Positions 1-7,627 of a DNA stretch of 32,000 nucleotides are shown piece by piece (position 1 is the first letter of the stretch; the number at the start of each line of letters is the position of its first letter). Under the pieces are notes generated by a model, which was not told the origin of the DNA, did not search any database, and saw only the letters and a list, made by a program, of their open reading frames with translations. The DNA lies in assembly GCA_963705375.1 (NCBI GenBank), contig OY970071.1, forward strand, positions 1,140,001-1,172,000, given 5' to 3'. Origin of the DNA: Candidatus Saccharimonadota bacterium. GTDB lineage: Archaea > Micrarchaeota > Micrarchaeia > Micrarchaeales > Micrarchaeaceae. Made by a program: the position numbers and the translations under genes.

Positions 1-153
1 TCGCAATTTCTTAAGCATCTCTGGCGTAATCTTGTGCGTGTCTGCCTGAACCCTTATTATTCTTGTGACTGACACCTGGCTGCCACCCATCCAACCAAGT
101 ACTACGCCTGCCATGGTACTTATATCTTGCTGTTATTTTTGCGCTCGGGCAGT

Positions 154-495
154 CTATTTGTTCCTTAATAAGTCGAAGCAGATATACTTCATCATCGCAG
201 CTCTCGAACTCTCTGCCTTTTCTTCTGCTTTTTCTAGCTCCTCCTTGCTAAAATTTACCGCCAACCATGCCTTTTCATTTCTTTGGTATTTTGCCACGGT
301 CATAGTGTCCTTTGACAGCCACCACTTGTTCTTTCCGTATTTTCTAATTGCCATTAACGCCTCTTCTCTATCTTTATTTGATAAGGCGTCCCACTCTTTC
401 AATACTCTCTCCTTCTTGTCTTGCGGTAACCTTTTCCATTCCCTATCGCTCATGGCTAACGGATGCCTGGGCTCATTGACTGTTTGCATGGGCAT
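154..495 (-). CDS. hypothetical small charged protein (113 aa)
   Basis: The ORF has a K/E/W-rich, protein-like composition. The overlapping + strand ORF 65..595 is S/F/L-rich, as expected for the antisense of a K/E-rich gene. An A/T-rich box (aaaatataag on the - strand) lies about 40-50 bp upstream. Confidence 0.5.
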   Translation of the reverse strand: MPMQTVNEPRHPLAMSDREWKRLPQDKKERVLKEWDALSNKDREEALMAIRKYGKNKWWLSKDTMTVAKYQRNEKAWLAVNFSKEELEKAEEKAESSRAAMMKYICFDLLRNK

Positions 496-894
496 AAATC
501 ACACTACATACTATGTTCCTTTTCAAATACTTATATTTTGCCTAGTTCTGGCTGGCCTACTCTTATTTGCACGAGTTTTGTTGATTAAAGTATGAGAGAT
601 CACGTATTACAATATCGCAAAATTGTGCAAACATACTGCCACTGGACACAATGCTTAAAAATGAGTGTAAATAGAACCAGTAGTAGTGGTGATATGAGCA
701 ATATTTTGAAGGCTGCAAACAAGAGTCCTGACGAGATGAAGTGGTGTCTTCGCTCTACTGCTAGCGTGACTGACTTCCCACATGGCCAATTGGAACATAA
801 TTTTAAACTACTGCGATTGGAAGCTGTACGGAATCTGCCACACATGCGGAATCATGGGCCCGGCAAGGGTTAGCTGTACAAAACTAGTCTCACA

Positions 895-921
895 AAGGCA
901 GGTATATATATCTGGAAATAT
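895..921 (+). promoter_or_regulatory. TATA-box-like promoter motif (aaggca..atatatatctggaaatat), copy 1
   Basis: The 18-mer atatatatctggaaatat (904-921), preceded by aaggca, sits about 47 bp upstream of ATG 968. An identical 18-mer occurs at 11129-11146 upstream of another + strand gene. Confidence 0.55.
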
Positions 922-967
922 AGACCGTATCTCTGTGACGAATTAACTATTCGTGCCGGTCGATAAG

Positions 968-1657
968 ATGTCATCAAAGCAAAACGAAAAAACAGATGGT
1001 GCGCAGCAAAGAGAAATGGCACAGTTAGAGATAACTTCTACGCAAAACGACGTTACCGGATATGCTATGTTTAGCCTTCTGGCCGATGGTGCTAGAGCGG
1101 TTGCCGACAACAATTTCACCGATGCCGAGCTGAATTCCCCCGAATGGCAAGAGCATCAAGACTCTTATCCGAGATGGGTCACACCTATAGTTGTCAATGA
1201 AGCTCCAGGCATTCCGATTGGGGAAACCGTAGAGTATCAAAATGCGACATTCAAGGTGCCTGAACAATTCCGAGGCATGACTGATGTTATCCTGGTGCTG
1301 TCTATAACTTCCGCGACAGAGCTGGATGGTAAGTTAGTCCTTGTTGGGGATGTATCAAAGGTTCTAGACTATCCAAGAGCAAAAGGCTGGTATTCGACAG
1401 ACGAAGACACTGGCATACCTATAGCTATCCCAAAACGATCCGCTGCTGAAGGTGCTCGTTATTTGCTGCGATCTTCTGGCGCATACGTAGGTCCTATTGC
1501 CCGCGACTTTGATATCGTCGGCTACTATGACAAACGATACGTCGACATTAGTGCAAATCTAGACGACGAGTTTAAGGTTGCCTTTGTGGAAGGAGTGCCT
1601 CAGTCGCATGCAGACGAGGATGTGCCTGCTGGATCGCTATTACGGAATAATAAATAA
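968..1657 (+). CDS. hypothetical protein (about 229 aa, no recognisable motif)
   Basis: The ORF track gives 953..1657 from a GTG. ATG 968 (MSSKQNEK...) is the first ATG and sits downstream of the TATA-like motif. The composition is protein-like and I recognise no family. Confidence 0.65.
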   Translation: MSSKQNEKTDGAQQREMAQLEITSTQNDVTGYAMFSLLADGARAVADNNFTDAELNSPEWQEHQDSYPRWVTPIVVNEAPGIPIGETVEYQNATFKVPEQFRGMTDVILVLSITSATELDGKLVLVGDVSKVLDYPRAKGWYSTDEDTGIPIAIPKRSAAEGARYLLRSSGAYVGPIARDFDIVGYYDKRYVDISANLDDEFKVAFVEGVPQSHADEDVPAGSLLRNNK

Positions 1658-1682
1658 GGCTCTTGCATCGCCTTTGCACTTC

Positions 1683-2843
1683 TCATTGAAACTCTGAAGC
1701 GATCTTATCTAGGCCCGCTTTTATTTCCTCTTCAGGAACAGTCAAGGATATCCTGAAGAACTCCCTGTAATCGCCGAATGCGGTGCCTGGCGTTATTGCG
1801 ACTCCCTTGTCCAGCAACCTGAATGCCAATTTCTCAGAGTCTGTGTTGCACTTAGGAAAGAAGTAGAACGGAGCATCAGGCTTAGAGAACTCTAATCCAG
1901 CTTTGGATAGTATTGACGTTGCCAGCTCGGCACGCCTCGCATATATGTCGCGCATACGTCCGGAAATCTCTTTTTTGAGCTCTAGGGCTCTTATCGCTGC
2001 TTCTTGGATGAAAGACGGCACGCTGGTTATGGTCATCTGGTTCAGCTTCGAGATGCGCTCTATCAGGCCGCTGTCTGCTATCACATAGCCTATGCGCCAC
2101 CCGGTCATTGCGAATGTCTTCGAGAAGCTGTGCACCAGTATCTGGTCCCTGTCTATGTCCATTATGCTTTTTTGTTTCTTGAAGTTTATGTCCGAATACG
2201 TTTCATCCGAAAGTATCCTCACTTTTTTCTCTCTAGCGATTGCTGCTATCTCTTCCAGCGTTTTAGACTCGATGATTTTGCTTGTCGGATTGTTAGGGCT
2301 ATTAAGAATTATCACTCGCGTATCGTTGTCTATCATATTTTTAAGCGCGTCGGCGTCTATGCGCCAGTCTTTCTCAAACGATGTTTTTAGAATCTTGACC
2401 TGCATGCCCAGCTCATTCGCGGCAAGCCCATAGCTCGTCCAGTATGGAGATGCAACTACGACGTTGCCTCCGCGCTTGGCTAGACCTTGCATAGCCGCAA
2501 AAATGGCCCACTTCGAACCGGGCGTCACCATTACGTTTTCAATTTCGGTTCCGTATTCCTCTGCAAGCTTCTTTCTCAGGGATGTTAGACCAAATGCCGA
2601 TCCATACTTCCCAGCGCCTGACTTCATCGAACTTATTGCAGCCTCGATTATCCTATCGTCTGTCTTCTGATCCGGGTCTCCCACATTGAATTTTATTATT
2701 TTTTTACCTTCGCTCTCAAGCTTGTGGACTTTTTCACTTATCTCATACAGCATACATGCACCTATCTTCTCTAGTGAGTTCTCTAAAAGAACGCTTATAA
2801 GCGTGTTGCGTCTATCCTTTGCTTTTGGCACTCTCTTCAGCAC
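1683..2843 (-). CDS. class I/II PLP-dependent aminotransferase (aspartate/aromatic type)
   Basis: Signature segments are present: NVGDPD, NSPNNPT, and SFSKTFAMTGWRIGY (PLP-lysine motif SxSK). Length is 386 aa. The 5' end overlaps the stop of the upstream pheA/tyrA fusion by 32 nt. An alternative start at M31 (2753) is possible. Confidence 0.9.
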   Translation of the reverse strand: MLKRVPKAKDRRNTLISVLLENSLEKIGACMLYEISEKVHKLESEGKKIIKFNVGDPDQKTDDRIIEAAISSMKSGAGKYGSAFGLTSLRKKLAEEYGTEIENVMVTPGSKWAIFAAMQGLAKRGGNVVVASPYWTSYGLAANELGMQVKILKTSFEKDWRIDADALKNMIDNDTRVIILNSPNNPTSKIIESKTLEEIAAIAREKKVRILSDETYSDINFKKQKSIMDIDRDQILVHSFSKTFAMTGWRIGYVIADSGLIERISKLNQMTITSVPSFIQEAAIRALELKKEISGRMRDIYARRAELATSILSKAGLEFSKPDAPFYFFPKCNTDSEKLAFRLLDKGVAITPGTAFGDYREFFRISLTVPEEEIKAGLDKIASEFQ

Positions 2844-4494
2844 GAATCGCGTCGCTGAGCCTTTTCATCTCTTCTGCGAATGCCGTCTCATCGTGTTTTT
2901 TCACCAGCTCGTAAAGCCTCTTTGCATTCTCTATGAACTTTCCTTCTGCATCAAGTACTCGCGGAAGGATCATTTGCAGGTTTGCATAGAATACGGGGTC
3001 GCTCTCGGATATGTTCTCTACCAGGCCGAGGAGGCGCTTGAAGCTTGATGGCATTGATTTTCTGAGCTCTCTGAAATCGAAGTCCATCCACGTTTCTCCT
3101 ATCGCTATGCCCACGAAGTGCGAGAGCGCAAGTGCAATCGACATCGTGTTGTCGTGTTTTGACGGGCTCATGATTTCGACGTGGAATCCCCTGTTTTCCA
3201 GCCATGCCTTGAACTCAATCGCAGTTTTCTCCTCTTTCTGGCTCGCGGGCGTCAGTATGAAATTCTGGTTGTTGCTGTCTGCCTTTGGTCCGAAGAGAGG
3301 ATGCGTTCCAAGCACTGTCGCTTCCTTGAGATACTTCTGCATTATCCTGACAGGTTCGCCCTTTGTGGATGTCATGTCCATCACTATCTGGTCGCTTCGT
3401 ATGAATGGCGAAATCTCCTTCACTACCGCTTCGAAATCATTAAACAGCACAGAAACAAAAACGATATCAGACTGCTTTACTGCTTCGACATTGCTGCCTG
3501 CAACCTTGACTTTCAGCTCCTTTCCAAGCTGCACGACTTTGCTTTGCGTCCTTCCGCTTGCGACCACATCAAAGCCCTCATTGACAAAGAACCTGCAGAA
3601 CCATCTGCCCATGCCTCCTGCAGCTCCTATCACTGCGATACGTTTCTTTCCGAAAAGTCCGACCTTCTTTTCGTTGGAAAAGGTGCTGCCTGCTTTTGGA
3701 TACGAACCTATCACCTTGATGGAATCTGTCTCTTCGCTAAGCTTCAATAGCGCCTTCTTGATGTTTGGGTCTTCCGAATCGCCTTCAATGTCGATATAGA
3801 AGCGGTACTCCCACGGCTTTCCTATGATCGGCCTTGATTCGAGCTTTGTCAGGTTTATGCCGTTTGCAGAGAACGCCTTGAGCGCGTTGTACAACGATCC
3901 AGGTTCGTTCTTCACAGTGAATGTGGCAGAGGTCTTGTCTTTCTTCGCGCTTGGTTTAGACCAGGATATTATGAAGAACCTGGTGAAGTTGTTGCTGTCT
4001 GTTTCTATGTTCTTCCTGATTATCTTCATGTCGTAGATTTTTGCGGCTAATGAGCTTGCTATCCCCGCAGCGTCCGTTGCCCCACTGTCCTTTACAAACT
4101 TGATGCTTCCTGCCGTATCGTAAACAGGAATCTCCTCCAGCCCTCTTTCCTCGATGAACTTCCTGCATTGTCCCAGCGCCTGTGGGTGTGAATATACCTT
4201 TCTAATGGCCTTCAATTCGACGCCCGGGTTGGCTATAAGGCAGTGCTCAACTCTCAAGATCACTTCTGCGTAAACTCCGATTTCTGACTTGGTGAGCAGG
4301 TCATAGTTCTGGCCAATACTGCCTTCCAGCGAGTTCTCTATCGGCACTATGCCAAACTCTGCAAGGCCTTTTGCCACTCTGTCAAAAACATCAGGGAAAG
4401 TTTTGCATGGCAGCGTTTCCGCTTTGTCTCCAAAGTACTGCAGTGCAGCCAGTTCGCTGTACGCTCCATGCTCTCCTTGAAATGCGACTTTCAT
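2812..4494 (-). CDS. pheA: bifunctional prephenate dehydratase (with ACT domain) / prephenate dehydrogenase fusion
   Basis: The N-terminal half shows MKVAFQGEHGAYSE, TRFF and LTKLESRP, which are PDT plus ACT hallmarks. The C-terminal half shows IAVIGAAGGMGRWF (Rossmann GxGxxG) and HPLFGP, which are TyrA hallmarks. Confidence 0.9.
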   Translation of the reverse strand: MKVAFQGEHGAYSELAALQYFGDKAETLPCKTFPDVFDRVAKGLAEFGIVPIENSLEGSIGQNYDLLTKSEIGVYAEVILRVEHCLIANPGVELKAIRKVYSHPQALGQCRKFIEERGLEEIPVYDTAGSIKFVKDSGATDAAGIASSLAAKIYDMKIIRKNIETDSNNFTRFFIISWSKPSAKKDKTSATFTVKNEPGSLYNALKAFSANGINLTKLESRPIIGKPWEYRFYIDIEGDSEDPNIKKALLKLSEETDSIKVIGSYPKAGSTFSNEKKVGLFGKKRIAVIGAAGGMGRWFCRFFVNEGFDVVASGRTQSKVVQLGKELKVKVAGSNVEAVKQSDIVFVSVLFNDFEAVVKEISPFIRSDQIVMDMTSTKGEPVRIMQKYLKEATVLGTHPLFGPKADSNNQNFILTPASQKEEKTAIEFKAWLENRGFHVEIMSPSKHDNTMSIALALSHFVGIAIGETWMDFDFRELRKSMPSSFKRLLGLVENISESDPVFYANLQMILPRVLDAEGKFIENAKRLYELVKKHDETAFAEEMKRLSDAIRAEESAKSKG

Positions 4495-4627
4495 AATCTC
4501 TCTGAGTTATTTTATGGACTGCCGTCTTTGAATACCTTTGCCTACCGTTATCTATGCATTCGGCCGATAAAAAATTTGTCATTCACGAATTATGGTATGG
4601 CATTATAAGTGTTGCCTTATATGTTTA

Positions 4628-4740
4628 AGCAGCGGACGGCTGGGTTCGGATCCAGTCAATGTCAGGGGAAAGTGGTGAAATTCCACTGCTGTGCCGCAAC
4701 TGTAATCCCATCTTGATGGGTAAGCCAGGCTGCCTGAGTC
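4628..4740 (+). promoter_or_regulatory. candidate cobalamin (B12) riboswitch aptamer
   Basis: The + strand reads aggggaaagtGGTGAAATTCCactgctgtGCCGCAACTGTAAtcccatcttgatgggtaAGCCAGGCTGCC. This contains GGGAA, GGTGAAATTCC, GCCGCAACTGTAA and a shortened B12-box-like AGCCAGG..CTGCC. There is a cccat/atggg hairpin, and gcagc (4630-4634) is complementary to gctgc (4729-4733), a possible P1. The element sits directly 5' of a B12-binding-domain ORF. Confidence 0.7.
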
Positions 4741-4747
4741 CAATGCA

Positions 4748-6712
4748 ATGTCCACGAGCATGGTATGGATGAACGTATCTAAAACTGCTGATTCTTGCTT
4801 GAAAACAGCATACACATCTTCCACTAAAACAGATGTCGACCAAGTCGGAACTCGTTTGGAGTGTGCATGCTGCATGGGAACGGCAAGGGCCGATTCCAGT
4901 TTTGTGCGTTACATATCCGATTTCGTGAATCGCGATTCTTGGGCGATTATAAAAAAGAACATGCCAGATTCCTCCGATGCCGAAATGGCGGAAATAATAA
5001 ACCGTATAAAAACGCTCGACACTATTTTTGCTGGCAACCTGCTTGTAGCCCTTGATGCTACTTCCGATGCAGGTGTGCTTACGAGTGTGAAGTTCCTCAA
5101 CGCTGCAAGCACCTATAATCCGGATATAGGTGATGCTCTTCTGTATGCGATAAGAAGGACAAGCAATGTCGACGCGCTTACCGATTACAGGCTTTTTACA
5201 AGTAATGCAGCTAGCTTCTTCAACAAATCAGGTCCTGAAGCTGCAAGCGAGTGGTTCTATTCTATCGGTCTTACAAGAAACGTTGACGTGCTCACGAGCG
5301 ATCGCGTTTTGAGTGATGCTGTCTTGGCCGTGATAAACAAGGACGGCCGTCTTGCAAGCGAATACTCTCTTGCTGTCGGAGTTACCGGAGACCTGGACGC
5401 ACTTGCGAATACTGGCTTATTGAATTCTCTGAAAGGTCTGAAAGAGCCCCTGCGCGCTGAGGTTCTGTCCGGAGTGTGGTACACAAAAAGTGCAGGATGG
5501 ATAACTCCTGCAGTTGTGGGCAAAATAGGTACTGGAGAGTTGGACGTGTGGAGGGATTTTGCCCGGGCTCCTGCCAACATGGGGCTGCCTCGCGTTGTCT
5601 TCGTGGGCCTCAATGACGGCCATAATCGTGGTTCTAAACTCATCGCGCAGTCCATGCGCGATTCAGGTTTTGATGTTATCTATCTGGATGACGCCTCGTC
5701 CGAAGAAATCGTCCGCATAGCCAAGAAGGAAAGTGTCAGCGCTATAGGCTTCAGCCTGATGGCCGATTCGTACCGTCACACCATGGATGAGGTATTGAGG
5801 CAACTCGGTGCACAATGCGAAAGTGCAGTGACTGTGTTTTGTGGGGGTACTGTCTCACAGCGTACGTCTGATTGGCTGCAACAAGTCGGCGTGCACCTGT
5901 TTGAGAGGGGTACATCCGAGAATGCGCTCATAGGCTTCCTGAAAGGTTCCACGCAGTTGCACCACCCTCCGTTGCCATATGTGCCTGATAATATTGGCCA
6001 GCGTGCTGTTTCGTCCGGCCACCAAACACCATTCAACGCTTATCTGCGCTCAGAGAACGTATTCGGAGCACCGTTTGCATTGTCCGACATTGATGATGAA
6101 CAGAAGAAGACTGAAAAAACGATTGCGCGTGTTGTCGCAATTGATAGGGCGTCTGTGCAAAATGCGCATAAAAATGCTTACAAAGACGCCATGGTCATAG
6201 GTAGTAATGCGATATCTCTGGATATTGTAGTCGCCAGAATGCCAAACTCCCAGGCGATGGTGGTGAAAGCCATGCCAGCTTCTTTGTTTAATGAAGAGTC
6301 CATACTGGCAGCTGCCGCTGCCAATACTGGCGTACACCTCAAAACTGAAGTATACGGTGTCCACGAACAAACCAATATTGTGCATTATGCTGAAGTCAGG
6401 TCTTATACTGGGCCTGGCGCCGTACCGATCTCGATGCAAATGTGCGGTCATGATGCCGGCGCAACTCTGACCACGACGCCGCTCCTCGTGATTCCCTCCT
6501 CGTCGACGTTCAGACTATGTAACAGTCCTCGATATTTGGAACTCGTCAATGTATCTGCATCTGCCCTTCGTGGTGATACGGTATTCGCTGGTCGTACGTT
6601 ACCTGCAATATCTCCATTTATGCCTGCAGCAAAACAGCACCTTGCAAAGAGAAGCCTCAGGATGTCCGAACGCATCATACACATTATCCGAAGGTTCAAG
6701 AGGTTTTCTTGA
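4748..6712 (+). CDS. B12-binding-domain protein with a repeat-containing N-terminal region and an unknown C-terminal half
   Basis: The central segment RVVFVGLNDGHNRGSKLIAQSMRDSGFDVIYLDD...IGFSLMADSY...VFCGGTV matches the methylmalonyl-CoA-mutase-type cobalamin-binding Rossmann domain with the DxHxxG motif. The start is uncertain: 4748 is the longest ORF, and in-frame ATGs at 4874 and 4961 are alternatives. Confidence 0.75.
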   Translation: MSTSMVWMNVSKTADSCLKTAYTSSTKTDVDQVGTRLECACCMGTARADSSFVRYISDFVNRDSWAIIKKNMPDSSDAEMAEIINRIKTLDTIFAGNLLVALDATSDAGVLTSVKFLNAASTYNPDIGDALLYAIRRTSNVDALTDYRLFTSNAASFFNKSGPEAASEWFYSIGLTRNVDVLTSDRVLSDAVLAVINKDGRLASEYSLAVGVTGDLDALANTGLLNSLKGLKEPLRAEVLSGVWYTKSAGWITPAVVGKIGTGELDVWRDFARAPANMGLPRVVFVGLNDGHNRGSKLIAQSMRDSGFDVIYLDDASSEEIVRIAKKESVSAIGFSLMADSYRHTMDEVLRQLGAQCESAVTVFCGGTVSQRTSDWLQQVGVHLFERGTSENALIGFLKGSTQLHHPPLPYVPDNIGQRAVSSGHQTPFNAYLRSENVFGAPFALSDIDDEQKKTEKTIARVVAIDRASVQNAHKNAYKDAMVIGSNAISLDIVVARMPNSQAMVVKAMPASLFNEESILAAAAANTGVHLKTEVYGVHEQTNIVHYAEVRSYTGPGAVPISMQMCGHDAGATLTTTPLLVIPSSSTFRLCNSPRYLELVNVSASALRGDTVFAGRTLPAISPFMPAAKQHLAKRSLRMSERIIHIIRRFKRFS

Positions 6713-6960
6713 GAAAATGCAAAGGCCGTGTAGGTAATACTGCCTGCGCGAAGTCCGTATTGAAAGAATTTGCTCTTGCAGCTCTTTAGCAAAAGCGCAA
6801 AAATGTACCAGGTGTAACGGTCTGAAACTCGTAATGTATGACGGTAAAATCTGGCATGTTGTTAGAAAGCTTTTTATATGTTGATGGTAAATACTTTTTT
6901 CGCTGCAAACATGGGAAAATGCTTTGATGCGTATCCTGTAAACCCTATTCTCATCCACCC

Positions 6961-6993
6961 AGGCGTATGCTTTTGCATACGCCTATTTTGTTT
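6961..6993 (+). terminator. perfect 10-bp stem / 4-nt loop hairpin followed by a T-rich tract
   Basis: aggcgtatgc-tttt-gcatacgcct (6961-6984) is followed by attttgttt. Only the + strand reading has the T-run after the stem. Confidence 0.4.
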
Positions 6994-7054
6994 CATATAC
7001 TGGCGCAGCATATGCTGTGTTGGTTTAGGCTGCCTGGAAAAGCATGTGCAATTC

Positions 7055-7627
7055 CTATTGTTTTTGAGCAAAAGTCAGATACGCAGTGTGCCATACTCCT
7101 TTTGTTGACGGGCGCATGCCCTCCTTCCTAACCAGCATGTCCCTCGCTATTATTTCGAGCACCAGCACGTTCCTGAAATTGAGCTTCTCAAGCTTCGAAA
7201 CGAAGCTCTTCACCTGTTCCATGTGCGGCAGGTACCCGCATATGAATCCGTTCTGCTTCAGCGCCTTGTGCGCGTTTCTCACTGCCTTCTCAGAGCCCGC
7301 AAAGTCCAAAGTTACAAGATCCACCTCTTTCTCATCTATCTTCTTGGTCACATCGCCGAGCTTGAGCGTGAGGTTGTCTAATCCTTCATTGTTCTTGTTC
7401 TTCTCCGCTATCTTCATGAAGTCCTCTCGTATATCATAGCTCGTGACGTGCTTTGACACACGTGCCAGTGAGACCGCGAGCCATCCGCTGCCAGTGCCTG
7501 CATCGACGCAGACGCTGTTCTTGTTCACTCCGGTGTATGCGAGTATGACTCCTATGTCTTTAGGCAGTATTACCTGCGGACCTCTCTTCAATCGTCTATA
7601 CGGTTCTGGTATGAACATTGTGCTCAC
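7055..7627 (-). CDS. trmI: SAM-dependent tRNA (adenine-N1)-methyltransferase, TrmI/Gcd14-like catalytic domain
   Basis: Motifs: RGPQVILPKDIGVILAYTGV, VDAGTGSGWLAVSLA (SAM motif I), LDFAGSEKAV, GFICGYLPHMEQV. The start overlaps the topA stop by about 30 nt; M4 at 7618 is an alternative start. Confidence 0.8.
   Translation of the reverse strand: MSTMFIPEPYRRLKRGPQVILPKDIGVILAYTGVNKNSVCVDAGTGSGWLAVSLARVSKHVTSYDIREDFMKIAEKNKNNEGLDNLTLKLGDVTKKIDEKEVDLVTLDFAGSEKAVRNAHKALKQNGFICGYLPHMEQVKSFVSKLEKLNFRNVLVLEIIARDMLVRKEGMRPSTKGVWHTAYLTFAQKQ

Noticed and set aside
65-595. 176-aa + strand ORF that looks membrane-like
   Set aside because: Its S/F/L/C-rich low-complexity composition is what the antisense of the K/E-rich - strand ORF 154..495 produces. 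It has no convincing promoter or start context.
592-873. Overlapping ORFs 592..873 (+) and 600..845 (-)
   Set aside because: Neither has a recognisable motif or clearly protein-like composition. I cannot decide between them, or between coding and non-coding, so I did not call them.
2004-3799. Multiple + strand ORFs (2004..2390, 2092..2433, 2686..3048, 3011..3799, 3181..3750)
   Set aside because: All lie antisense to the well-supported aminotransferase and pheA/tyrA genes and have skewed S/F/L/C/R composition.
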